A stretch of 64,000 nt of DNA from Oikopleura dioica (taxonomy: Eukaryota; Animalia; Chordata): NCBI GenBank assembly GCA_907165135.1, contig OU015567.1:9734001-9798000 (forward strand). Reading direction: 5' to 3'. Positions 36,871 to 50,200 of the stretch are shown here, one piece after another (position 1 is the first letter of the stretch; each line of letters opens with the position of its first letter). Below the pieces are notes generated by a model, which had not been told where the DNA came from, made no database searches, and worked only from the letters and a program-made list of their open reading frames with translations. The position numbers were made by a program, and so were the translations under genes.

Positions 36871-37442
36871 ACTGCGATAAGGATGGTTCACTTGATCCAT
36901 TGGGCGTGATAGATCCTTTGAGTTCGCTTATCACCGCCCATGATGGGTTGAAAAAGGGGACCAGATGCATCGCGGGATCATCCCAAGTACTGATACCCTT
37001 GCAAACAACGAGGAAAACTTAACGGAAAACTCCGCTTCCAAGCTGGAAACAAGCTTATTCATTCATCAGAAAAAGGGACCTCTACGGATGTACCTTATTA
37101 CACATGCAAGTAGTAATAACTTTCTGAATAGTCAATGACGCGCTAGTTTCACACCTTCTGCCGCTTCCTATCACCAATTCAACCGGCGATAATCTACTTA
37201 GAACATGCACAAGTCGCAGTAATGATGGGATTATACAACTGCTCTTTGCCAAAATCAGTTTCTGCAACGCAACAGTTCGAAAAAAAAACTAGAGCAGGGA
37301 CCGGAAGGGCAGTGGCCCTCCCGCAGGTTCACCTTCGATAAAAATTCAATTAGCTCCTGTTGCGCGCGTTTTCACGGTTCTAGCAGGTGCTTTTTTGCAA
37401 GTTCCGTTTGGTCGATAATCCTCCGAGTCTTTTGCTTCTGAG

Positions 37443-37906
37443 CAGGGATCAAAATTTTTTCGCGAAAATCGCAATTTGCGAATAATTTGCGATTGCGATG
37501 CGAAATTTCGCAGAAAATTCGCAATCGCAAATTATTTTTTGATCGAATCGCAATCGCATCGCAATCGCAACTCAGTTTTCGTCAATAATTTGCAAATTGC
37601 GATTTTTTGCGAACTTCGGTCTTGTCAAAATGCTCCTTCGTTATTCTAACATGGGTTTTACTTTGACTCAGAGCCTATTTTCTGTGTTCTAAAGGCTTAA
37701 TTGAAAGCCTGACCTCAAAAAATAGTCTTAAATCCTTTGAAAAATTACTTTTTACGCTAAAATTTCGCAAATGGCGACAAAATCGCAATTCGCGAAAAAT
37801 TCGCAATTTGCGAAAAAAATCGCAATCGCATCGCAATTTCCGGACTATTTTGCGTCGCAATCGCATCGCAATCGCAATTGATTTTCGGCAAAAATTTAGA
37901 TCCCTG
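37443..37906. mobile_element. hAT-type MITE (464 bp)
   Basis: Imperfect 27-bp TIR CAGGGATC.AAATTTTT..GAAAATC; 8-bp TSD CTTCTGAG (37435-42, 37907-14); subterminal ATCGCA arrays at both ends. Confidence 0.93.
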
Positions 37907-37976
37907 CTTCTGAGATATTCCTTGCTAGAATTCTGTGTCCGAATTCTCGTAGTAGGTTTTCAATAAAATGACTTAA

Positions 37977-38664
37977 GGGATCCCCTCCCGATTTGAAAAA
38001 TATCATCGAGGGCTTTTATGTGATATATTTTCGGAATCTCCGTTGTCTGGCGATCATTTTCATATATTATGTCAAAGGGAGTCCGTCACGTGGTAACCCG
38101 TGACACAGCTTTGAAAATGGCTTATTTTATCGAAAAATTTTACTTTGTAAAAATTCGCAATTTTTTCGACTTTTCAAAGTCGACATAATCAGATGAATAA
38201 GGGCTCTTTAGAAAGCTTAGAAAAAACTGAATTAGAAAAAAATAGATTAAATGAAACATCTAACCACTCAAAGGCGCTAGAGAGCAAAGAAAGTCGAAAA
38301 AATGGCAAAAATCAGTTAAAAAACATCTTGTTAAGAAAAATTCTACAATCCTTGACGGAATCACATGCCTGTACTAGAGATTGTAGATCAGGGATCAATG
38401 AAGACAGTTGTTATTGATTTAGGGCTCTATCTAAGAGCAGAAAAAACAAGTTCGATTTTGAAAATGGCCCAAAATGGGGTTTTTCGCGAGTATCAATGTT
38501 TTCAGCCCGTCTTTTCTAGGTGTTTCCCCTTATGAAAATTAATTTCTGTACTAGAGTTTGTTCATTAAGAAACGGGCTTCAAAATGAGCCCTCATACTTG
38601 TAAAAAGCTCAGCCCTAAAAAAAGTAGTTCGAAGTCAAAGTTGACGAAATCGGGGGGGGATCCC
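37977..38664. mobile_element. TTAA-targeting MITE with GG...CC termini (Kolobok-like), 688 bp
   Basis: TTAA at 37973-76 and 38665-68; 18-bp TIR GGGATCCCC(T/C)CCCGATTT with one mismatch. Confidence 0.85.
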
Positions 38665-39847
38665 TTAAAATAATCTTACTAATACTAAACTAAGACCATG
38701 ATTCTTTGTAAATTAATAATGAAATATACAATTTTTATTATTGTACCACTTATGATGGTACTTCTTATTCTATTACAAAGAGTATTCTGCTTTTCAATAG
38801 ACCAGAAAAAATTTCAGTATTAGCGACAACGGAAAAAGTATAAGCCTGATCGGCGGCAAGCTGTAGCACTGTAGGGGGTACTAGTTGCGGGGAGCACCTA
38901 GACTCGCCCATTTCGGAACACGGGGCACAGGTGGCAAGGGTGCAATGATCCGGATTAATGTCATCGTTCTGCTCATTACAAGCTCATGAAGCCAACCTGT
39001 ACCAGCGTGGATCATCCTCGAAGATGGACGAGGAGACTGATATTTCCGTTGCGGTCATGAAGATACCATTATCCATCTGGGTTGAAAAAACGGGATCTCA
39101 TAAGGATGATGGTCGTATTGAGTAATATTTTATAAAAAAAAAAGAATAGAAACGCTCAAGAAAATGAAAGAAAGAAGATCAATGATGATACTCTTGAATA
39201 ATAATTCTGCAAGATAGGATCCTGGAACATTCTTACTGCGATCAGTGATCAGAATATCGAATCAGTATAAGCCCTTTCATTCACCCACGACATCTGCTTT
39301 CCCCTCATTTTGCTTATGTGATGATTGTCGAAGTAAAAAAAGATTCGAAGAAGAAGTTCTTACAGAAGATTATTCTCTTTTTCGATGAAGCGCTAGACGT
39401 TTTTATTGATATTTGTACAAAAAATGGCGATTTCAAGACTTGTTTCACTGGATGGGCGAATTGGCGGCTCGATTCTTCCGATTCTCAAGAACTCGTCTCA
39501 AGATTTTCCATATTCAACCTAGAATACTGATATCCTTAGAATACTGTACCTGAAGAACGAATATGAACATCTTTGTTGAGTTTTTACTTTGTTATCTTTA
39601 GAATTGGAAAAACTTTTTTTTCTGCCGATTTGGTTTTGGTTTAATTATTTACATTTTGTGGAACATTGATTGAAAATATTTGAATTGTACTTTTGGTTTT
39701 TAGTTTTTCCCAATTTCGGCCAATGAATGGGAAAATCATATTTGTGCGATTCTTGATCAGAAACGCAGAAAATAAGCTCAGGTACTGCGAATGATTTTGG
39801 TAGAAAAATTAATACAAAAAAATTTAAGCGCGAAATAAATTATGGTC

Positions 39848-42800
39848 CTAAAGAGAATCGTCATTGCATGGGTTCGATCCGTCGGGATGCCAGCTTTTGA
39901 GGGTTCCATCTTTGCAGCAAGCTTTGAATCTGAAAGAAAAACTTTGAAATCATAGAAGATAGCTAAATTTGAGGAAGGATGTTCAATTACGCGGAGAGGA
40001 AGATCAGAGTGATCATTTATGCCTTGGTCAATGTACAAAATCAAAACGATTAAGCGGTCATTAAGGTGATTTACTCTTTCGATTGATTTACCTCGAGTCG
40101 TAGGCCTTGGATGCGATTTCATGCCCACAGCAGGAGTCGATTGACGTTTTACTTCGAGCAGCCAAGCTCGGTGAAGGACCCGAGCTATGATTCCATGGGC
40201 GATTTCCGAGGCGACATTGTAGCCTAAATAGGTGGATAGATGTGAGGAATTAATTTGAATCACATCAAGAGCTCAGACGAGTCTTTTTATGGGTTTTCAG
40301 AGTGAAGAATCTTGCCGATTGTTTCGGAAGATAGAAGCCGGCTCTTGAGAAATCATCGAAAATATATACCTTTCGTCGACAAGACACATCATATTCTTGA
40401 TGCTCGCGCGCAGATGCTCAGCTTTTCCGGAAGATAACTCCTTGAAGCTCTTTACTAAGTAGCGCTGGGCATATTCATTGTCACGCAGACCGTGAGTCCA
40501 TGCTTTCGGGATAATCCTAAAGAGAAATAAAGTGTGATGTCGTTTTCCATTCGTTTTCAGCTCAGGGGAAACTGTTTACCTATAAGGAACCGTGCGCAAG
40601 AGCGTTTGAGAAAGCGGATGGATGAAAACAACGATGACAAAAGCGTTTTTGTTGAGTTTCTCGATCTCAGAATTGATGTATTCCTTGAAGTAGAGGTTAT
40701 TATTTTGATCAACAGGGCTCTGTTTAGAGCAATCAAAAATTTTTCTAAGCTAACTAAACTACATGCGTAGTACTACACCTCTTGCGAGGTTGCAGTCAGC
40801 TGATCCCACAGGATCACACTGACTACCCGAGAGTCGGAAAGGCACAGGTTAAAAACCACTCGGTGCGACAAAATAAAACGTTCACTTATGGTGTTCAGTT
40901 ACCTCGTTGACTTGGTGCAGATCATCAGGAATGTTCGTTATAAAAAGGACGACAATGTTGGTGTGGCCCGACATGAGAGTAGTTTGCTCTCCCTTTTCCA
41001 AATCCTTATTGATGCGTTCAATGAGTGGCTTGATCTTCGGCCGAGCGGTGGTGGATTTAGCACGAGTGGATTTCTGAATCTGGCGGAGCTGCTTTGCTTG
41101 CTTCTTTTTCGTGTTTGTCAAGGATGATCTGAAATATAATTTTTGAATGAAATATTTCACAGTGATCTTCATATGCCCCATGTAGGATCGCTCAGACTCT
41201 TCGTAGCGAAATGGTGTAACTTTTTCCGGAAGTTTAAAATGTCACATTTGGCTTCATTTTATGAGCTAACAAAATCTCCATATAGTCTATATGATATAGA
41301 CGTCTAGACGGGGATTACCCATGACTAAAGTACTGTACCTATAGACCGCTCCAGGATCATTGGCATCGTTGTAATCATAGACTCGGACGCGATTGGACTT
41401 GATATCTATGCCCCTGACGAGCTCCGAAATAAAGGTCATCATTTCAGAAACGGCGGTTCGTTTTGACGTCGCGTGCAGCGGCAATGTCGACTGGACGGCA
41501 AAGTAGATGTTCAGCGGGCGCTCCTCGCCGCGCCATCTTCCGCAGTTGCCGACTAAAGATACAGGTTGAGGTTGGGGTTCAATATAACAAGTGAAAAGTG
41601 AGCTCCTGAGGCTTTTATTTCTTCCCAAATAAATCATAAGAAGATTGAAGAATAAACGATTAGTTCACAAGATTAACAGTAGACAATTCAATGTCTAAAT
41701 CTACGTAAGAAAATGCTTGATGACGTTTGTAAATGGACAAAAAGGACTCTTTCCATTCTTTCAGAATATAATCTTCCCTTGCCAATATTGACAGACAATA
41801 TCACATGAACGGAAAATGCTTTCCTTTTTTACTGTCGAAGGAGAAAATTAAAATAATTCAAAATCACGAGGGAATCGCAATTTCTGCTTTTTCTAGCATT
41901 GAAGAGACATTTTCTTCTGTCTCTGCGTCACCCCTGCACATATGTTTCAAATGGAAACAAAAATCACGGGCAAAAGAATGAACATTCTCTTCTCGATCTT
42001 ATGTTAATTTTAATAGAATAGGTACAAATAATTATTACCTTAAATTTATTCTTCAAATAAAACTCATGACAAAAATTAACTGTTTCTTCGAAACGCTTAG
42101 AATCTAAGCCTTAGATACTAAAAGCAAAAAGTGGTATATAAAACTCCCAAAACGTGAAAAAACAAACTCTTCCGGTCAACATAAACCGGATGTATCAAAA
42201 CTTATAGAGTCAAACAACCAAGAATCGTGACAAATTCTTTGAGGTTTTTTATGAGATTGAGGATAAACAAGTGACTCTGCAGGTAAACAATCTACGTTGA
42301 TTCGAAATTCCAATGCATCTTTTTTCTCAGTATTTTTCTTTCGTCGATGTCATTTAATTTCAATTTACTACTGTAATTTGAAAATCAACTCAAGTGAAAA
42401 GGCACATGAGCCATGTGAGATGGCATGATCCTACACTTGCTTAGGCAAGAAATACAGTAACTAGTGGAAAGAATCTGGACCTGAACCCGGATAACTAAAG
42501 CCTCTTGGCCTTCCATCAATGGAAAAAGTCAACTTACGATCGAGAAGGGACGAAACAGCTGGAGCCAGATCCTCGTGACCCTCATGGCCAACAAACTGAT
42601 CCGGAAGTTTCGACAGTTCCTCCACAAAGCTCTTCAAGAGTGGAATTTTATGACATTTGTCGGAAAAATACACGCTTACTCTTTGCTGGAATCTTTCAAA
42701 TTCCCACGTTCGACGGTCGGCCTTCTCCCAATCTGATGCCTGCGACTTCCACATTTCCGTCAATGTAGCGTTCATTTTCTTCAGTTTCCTTTTGCTCAAC

Positions 42801-43317
42801 TTCATGCCGAGCAGCTTCGACTGTTTGTAGGATTTCCTTCTTTCCTGTCTTTCGCGTCGGAAAGCTATTCTCGCATCTTTCTCTGGCTTTTCTTTCTTTC
42901 CTCCTGCTTTCTTCAAGCTTACTTGCCCCTCGAATTCGTATAAAAGGTCCGCCCATAGTCCAGACCCCTAGAAGTATCTCAAAGACGTAAGAAGTTTGGC
43001 TCCTACCTCTTGGTTATCTTGGTAGTAATCTTCTATCCATGAATTTCCTGAGCCTTCTATCAGAAAACTCGCCTCTGGTTCCTTTTCTATCTCTCTGGCT
43101 GACCTCCTTTTAAAAATCTAAAGAAAATGATGAAAGAAATATCAAATTATTTTATCCACCATAATTTGCGTCTCATATCAGTACTACTGCCTACCAAATA
43201 ATTAAAAAGAGAAAATCGTGTCCTAAAGTATCAAACCTCTGCAGACTTTGCCAGCGAAAAAATCACTAGAACGCCTATTCCAGCGCTAATTATTGAAGCC
43301 TTGCTAAGGCGAAACAT
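39848..43317 (-). CDS. Secreted vWA-like extracellular protein with Ser-Gly motifs and a C-terminal Cys repeat
   Basis: Signal peptide MFRLSKASIISAGIGVLVIFSLAKSAE; KRRSAR; EGSG twice; PLNIYFAVQST..MTFISELVRGIDIKSNRVRV and NIVVLFITN (vWA strands); end SCCGHEIASKAYDSRFKACCKDG..NPC*. Confidence 0.7.
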
Positions 43318-44286
43318 CTTCTTTCTTCGTTCTTCTTTTTTTTTCTTTTAACCTCTTTGTGTTTTGTTCTTTTTTTATCAAAAATGGTATGTTACAAGAA
43401 ATATTTTTTGTTTAAAAAAGTGTTGTTTGTAATTTTTAGTGATTTCAAATTTTAACGGTTGTAGATCTTCGCCCGTTGCTAAGAACGAGGGCGCGCGAGA
43501 GTCGAAACCTCGGACAAATTACCGGACACTGGGTGAGATAAACGACTGGTTCGGATGACTTCTCGGCAAACTTGAGCGCGGTATCATGCTTTTAACCTAA
43601 GCCAGACCAAGTCCAAGAGTATTTTTGTGGAAACAACTTCTCCCAAAGATATCATTTACTGAAGAATTTCTACTTCTTTTATTACCCAATGAAAATGTCG
43701 TTTTAAATTGTGAACTCAAAGTTTGTGAAATGTAGGGCCACAGCTCAGCGGAATAATAAGCAGGTCAAAAGATCCGAAAAATTCATTTTTCATCTGATTG
43801 CGAAAATATTCAACTTTTCGATTAAAGTAAAAACGAGCTTATAACAGGACTAAATCAAATAAGCAATAAATAAAACCTTTTTAATGAATTTGAAGCTTGT
43901 CAAGTCTAAAAAATTATTGTTGTTGACCTTGATTTTTCGGTGCGCAAATGCCCTGGAATCCGCTGTTTGGGTTGAATTTCGCTGTTAGAGCTTGGTGCCT
44001 ACTTCAGAACTTGGTTCATGGTAATCCTTGCTCGCGCCGACTCCCTGAAATTCGACGAATACTTCTAATCAACCCAGTTTTGCTACCCGTCAATTTTCTT
44101 TCTCGCCACTCGTAACTTTCAAGTGCATCAATCTGAACATTGACCCCAACTCAGACGTGCCAATAAAAGGGATTGGCTCCTTCTCAAGAAATTGTTAACG
44201 CGAATAAACGCGCGAATAAAACACTTTTCTTCGAAGAGAATTATTACCAGAAAAAAATCCGGAAGTCGAGAAAATAGTGCAATACT

Positions 44287-47200
44287 ATGGGTGTGAAGAG
44301 GGGCATCAGGCCTACAGCCTTCAATTTCTTAGATGTTCTTGACACAAATCTACCGCCAGAAGGTGGGAAGCTAGAATCATCGTCTCGGAGAAAAAAATCA
44401 TATCTTTTAGATAGAAGATTTCTGATAATCAATAGCCACATGATGGTGATACATATTTCCGCCGAGTTCCAAGAGTGGTGCGGTTACAATCTTGCTGAAT
44501 TCAAGGAGCGGAGAGTTGACACTGTCTAAAATCCAGGACAGCCATTTTTTGTTATAAAAAGGTTTAAATAGGGTGTTGAACATTGTTGAGTCACGTTGGC
44601 AACAATATTGACATTTTCGGGGAGAATTTTTTGGGAATCATGGGATAGCTATTATCTCTAATATATTTAATATATTCGGAATTTATTACAAATGATTACG
44701 GTTATTCAAATGAAATCTCCTGACCCAGGAAGATGGTGTTGATATGTAAGAGGCTTATATAATTTTTCCTGACGCTTTTCACCGTATAAATTACCTTACG
44801 TAGGGTTAAAAACAACATTAGATAACAATTTCAATAAAAATATATCCTATATATTTCTTATAAAAGAAGCATCCTTCAAGTTGAAGATCTCAGCCTCTAA
44901 AAGACTCTTGGTCGATGATCCTCACTCAACACGAAAGTAAGAACACGTGACTCTCGCTAAACGCTCAGAATGTTGTTTCGACATCAGATTTGCTCCGGCT
45001 CAGGCTACGTTTTCACTTTCAGGGGAAAGCATTATTGTAGCTCAATAATTTTGAAAGGGAGCGGCGTTATTTACAAATAATCCGCAACAACAACGTTTGC
45101 TTGAACCAGAAAATAAATGACATCATATTTGTTTCAAATTTAAAATTTTCTTATTTAGCAGGAAAAATTTTATTTATGAAGCGATGAAAGAAGAAGGCGA
45201 CGTGGAAATCTCTAATCTTCATGTAAGGTAGGCTTTTCAAAATCGTGCGTAAACTTTTGTCTATTAAGCTTCATTTCCGTCAAATTTCCTTTAAAATAAA
45301 CGTCAATTTAAAAGATTTTCTAAGAAGGCTTTTCCAAAATTTACCCGGAAATTTTAGATTGAAAAGTGGCTGTTTGAAAAAAACCAAGTGTAAAATCCGG
45401 CCACTGAAGGACTCGGACAGTTCAGATGTAAGTCCCTGCACTTACCTTTATCACGACAAGCGTTTGACTGTTATTAGGATACTGTAACAATGTTCTCATT
45501 GACGTTCCACGAGAAGAAGGACAAGAAAGAGCAAGAGTCGTTTATTGAACTGGTACCAGATCTCGTTGATCGGATCAGGCGCGGATCATCTTCGAGACAC
45601 ATTTTAAGATGCATTTACTTGCATAAAATTACAGAACCAAACTCTCATAAGCCCTTTGCAACACGTGCACTTGATCAATCAACATGTAGCTTTTGTTAAC
45701 TTAGTTTTCAAAGTAAAAATGTGTTGATATTGATTTGCTGGGCCACAAAGACTTCTTGAGCCAAATATTATCAGTTGATATTTTGGTGATAGGATGAGTT
45801 CCAAACTTGTGGCGAGCACTGTGGGACATGGCCATCAGTTCTGCTGATCATGTAATTTGCAGTGATCTTTCTTGCTCGGAATAATTTTTCTGTTCAATTC
45901 AGCTGTAGTCACATGAAATTCGCATTCTTGCAAAATATTTTCTATTTCGATGATCCTCTGAAAAGAAGTTCCATGGGACAAAGAAGCGGACATACAGAGA
46001 TCCAGCGAGAAAGCAGGAGGGGTAAAGAGGGAATGAAATAGCAGCTCACGTTGACTTAAAATTGAGTCGTCCACCTTGGATTGAGCCGGGCAGCTCAAGC
46101 TCCTTCCGTCCAGCGATCCCGCGCTGGATCATTTGATGCTACTCATTTACAGTAGAAAAAAAGCAAAGCGCTTCGTCAGCAAAGAGTTGTTCCAAGTGTT
46201 AGATTCTTGTAGAAAGTAGAGTATTGTGAAATTCAAAGATAAAGTGAGACGAAACCCGATACCCTTGCAACGTTTCCATGATGCGCCCTATATCCCTCCA
46301 AAAAGTCAGAAACGGAAACGCTATACTATAAGTAACGAGGTGTTGGGAATACCGCGTTCCGACAGAGACGAGTTTAGCTCGTCTGGGAATTTGCTCAAGG
46401 GACGGAGACCTTCGCTGGCTGAGGAAAGTGAAGAGATTCTGAATTACTTGGAGGAGGATCCAGAATTCGATGGCTTGGAGATTAAAGTGCCTACATTTCG
46501 GCCACCTGCTGCACCTAGAATGCCACCGAAAGCGCCTTCCCGAGTATCCTTGGTCGGCTCCCGAAGAGGCTCTCTCCCAATCAACGATATAGAACTGTTC
46601 AACCAGGAGCGCCGCTCCAGCGGTAATCAAGCCACTTTTTGAACCCCTTTGAGGTTTGTTTAGAACACCCAAGACTCTTCAAGTCCTCCAGCGTAACGGA
46701 ATTCAGTGGTTCCGGTAACCTTAAGCTGTCCACATCACCTATGTGAGTTTGTTCAAAACATCGCCGCTGACATTTAAAATTATAAACTCTCTCCCTCAAA
46801 AATAGACCTGTTCTTTAGTAAGCGATCTACTGTAATGTTGGACAGTAATGGAACTCAGATATTCGCTCAACACGCTGAAGATCGACCAAGAAGAGGAATG
46901 GGAATTCCAGGAAGATACACAGAAGTAAGTCCCTCTCTTGCGAGTAAATACAGTACGTGGCAGTAAATCAGGCGCTAAGAAATCGACAGGATAATATATC
47001 AGACAAATGTGCTCAGAACTCCCAATTAAACTAGAATAGCAACAGAAAGCTGAGTTCGAGAGGAACTCCCTTTGATGAATTTTTAAAATATGAATTATGG
47101 CGGAAAAGAATGAAAGAGATAAAAAAGAAAGAAGAAGGGTCCGGCGTAGTGCAGTGAGTAAAACAATTTGACTATGAGAGAGTCTGAAGCAAGTTTTCGA

Positions 47201-50200
47201 AGATTTTCCCCAATTGCTAAGCTTTCCTATCTGCGGGATCAGAAAAGTAATTTAAAATACAAGTCATGTTTCTTCATGTTTCATTGTTGCGCGTTTTCGG
47301 TTGTGTTGAACATGAAAAAAGGGAGGAATTAAAAGAAAACTTAAAAACCGCCAGACAATCGCGGCTAAAGAGCGGTTGTTCGCGAACCGAAACGAAATAA
47401 CCAGCCCCAGAGCATCGATCATACATGAGGTGATTCAACAATTGAATGTGAATCTATAAGTCTAAATAATAAATCTTAAAAAAATAAGTTCCGACAACTC
47501 ATCCAATTGTCCGTCGATTAAAGTTCCGCTTTCTCTACTTTTAACTTTTTAACCATGAGAGATAAGCAATTTTATATAGAGGATAAGAGACGAAGGCTGG
47601 AAGCCAAGGCTAAAGAAGAAAAGCATAAAACAATGTCGATTGTCTACTCGACACTTTTTTCTCCCATTTCTATCGCTAAGGAGTTCAAATAGCATTTTTT
47701 CGATGACTAGTTTTTTGACATGAATTTTTGTCTTATCATTTGTCGTTCCCCTGAATTTTCCTCGACAAGTCCCATTTTAGCTTGAATTGAACTTCAAAGA
47801 AAGCGCTAAACAAGGACACTTTCGGAGTAAGTACTTAGCGGAGTAAAAATCATTTTACTCGAAGGGTTTAATCGCCTTCTGCGTACTAATTGAGCGTTGG
47901 AATCAATTTCCGGAATTGCGCCAAGTTGACTTCCCCTTGACATTTATTTCAGGTCCTGTCTCTTGGGGACGATCCACCCTTTCTGGACTCCGGCCTCAAG
48001 AAGATAGACAAAGAGCCCTGGATCATTTTGCATTACTCGCCCTTCAAGGCTTGCTGGGACTGGATAGTTTTGATTCTCGTCATTTACACTGCAGTTGTCA
48101 CGCCCTTTTCTGCCGCGTTTGTCTTTGACGGCAACTTGCAGGAGAAAAATCAACAACTCGGGTACTGCCTGAGCAATCGAGAGGATACCTGGTTCAATTA
48201 AGGGTTATCAAGTTCAAGTTTTTCGTTCGATGAAGATATCGCTTAATAACCAAGAGTACAGTTGTCTGAAACTAAATGGTCTCATCGTGGTGGAAACAAT
48301 CGTCGACATCATGTTCATCATCGATATTTTCATCAACTTTATGACTACCTATGTCAGTACAAACGATGAAGTCATAACGGACAAGAAACGAATCGCCATC
48401 CACTACTTCAAGGTAGAACGTTTTCTGTATATTTCATATTTATTCTAATATTTTAGGGGTGGTTCATCATTGATCTCCTGGCAGCGATTCCGTTTGATAT
48501 CCTTGTTCCGATGGAAGCTTTAAATTCAATGGTGAGTTGTTACTTAATCGCGCGCTTATCTTCTGTTTATTTTCCCCGCCTAAACAACACAAGGGCATTT
48601 CTCAGGAAATGAGAAGTCTGGATCTCTAGAATATAATGTCCGATAACCGGCAGTCCTCCAAGCTACGATGGCCGAGTGGTTAAGGCGTTGGACTTGAAAT
48701 CCAATGGGGTCTCCCCGCGTAGGTTCAAATCCTGCTCGTAGCGCCATTTTTGCCCCCGGCGAGTGTCCTCTAATTTTATTTCTAGATCGGTAGTGGCGAT
48801 TCTACGGAAGTGGCGGAAATGAAACAGGTAATTATTAACGATTTTTGCCCCTTTTATCTAAAAAATATCAGATTTTTAAGTAAAAAAAGCTTCAACAGTA
48901 AATTTTCGATTACTCAAGTTCAAGTAGCAAATCAAAAGCTCAAGGCAAAATTTTCTAATGATCTGATTTCTTGCGAATGAAAAATTCCAACATGAACCTA
49001 AAAATGCAATTACATAGATTTAGAAATTAGAAACCCCTTCGCTCCTTTCAATTTGTTAACATAAACGACATTCCGGTTTCTTCTGGTCGAGTTCAGCCGG
49101 GTTTTTCTACGAAACAGACCCGGCTGACACTACCTTACCTAATCTTTTCCTAATAATCTTCCACTAAATTGAACGTAATTGAAAGACAGCACTGGTCGGA
49201 TTGATGAAAACGGCTCGGCTACTCCGTCTCGTTCGGGTCGCAAGAAAAATCGATCGATATTCTGAATATGGTGCTGCTGTTCTTGTCCTGTTGATGGCGT
49301 TTTTCGTTCTTCTGGCGCACTGGCTGGCTTGCATCTGGTACGCGATTGGAATGGCTGAGCATAGCGAGTTTGGATGGGTTACCGTGGGTTCTCTTTATTG
49401 TAGAAAAAATGATCATTTGATTATTCTAGTATCTTGGCGAGTCGATAAACGTTCCTCTGATCATCGAAAACAACGTTGTAAAAGACGGCCCCACTGTAAA
49501 GCAAAAGTACATCACAGCAATGTACTTCACCTTCAGGTACCTTAAACTTTTTAAGCCTCGGAGAGCGTTTTTCTAGCGCTCCGCGAATCAAATTAAAAAC
49601 GAGTACGGCCCGTTTTCAACCTTTTTAGAAATCGGCTTCCGTTCTAATTGAATTGTTTACAAAGAAAAGAGATCAATTTTTCACTGATTTTGTAAAGCAA
49701 GGCGAAAAATGAGAATTGACCTTATGCAATTTTTTCCAGCCGACTCCTGCAGAAAGAGTTATTGGCATTTTCGAGCGATAATGATTTTTTCAATGCTTCG
49801 AACATTTTAAAGAGAACAGCTCCAACTGGGACCGAAATGAGAAGGTCGCGCTGGGGCGAGATCAAAAGCTCTGACGAGCGGTTTGAAGTGTGAAGAAAGG
49901 CTTTAGAGGAATTCTGGGCGAAAATTTAATCCAAGTTTAGCTCCCTCACATCGGTTGGTTTTGGAAATGTCTCGCCGAATACCAATATTGAGAAGATGTT
50001 CTCCTGCTGCGTTATGGTCATTGGATGTGAGTTTGATAAAAGACCTAATTAGTTATTTCGCGTGTTATTCTGTCTTTAGCTCTTTTCTACGCAACAATCT
50101 TTGGTAACGTTTCTGCCATCATCCAACGTCTCTACTCCGGTACCTCCAAATACCATGCTCAAATCGCCAAAGTGAAGGAGTTCTCTCGCTTCCATCAGAT

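Noticed and set aside
38850-39560. Coding-like sequence next to the MITE cluster
   Set aside because: All frames are interrupted by stops with no identifiable domain; treated as decayed debris.
43500-43770. tRNA-like A-box (gggccacagctcagcgg) and B-box-like (gagtcgaaacc) fragments
   Set aside because: Wrong order and spacing; no cloverleaf.
46835-46924. ATG-initiated exon joining VLSLG as an ERG1b-type first exon
   Set aside because: It extends upstream to an acceptor at 46818 and chains in phase with exons at about 46666 and 46226, so it is an internal linker exon.
49090-49130. Short hairpins (cagccgggt..acccggctg; also 60580-60605 and 60895-60920) as terminators or Helitron ends
   Set aside because: Too short, with no CTAG-3' or TC-5' context to support an element.
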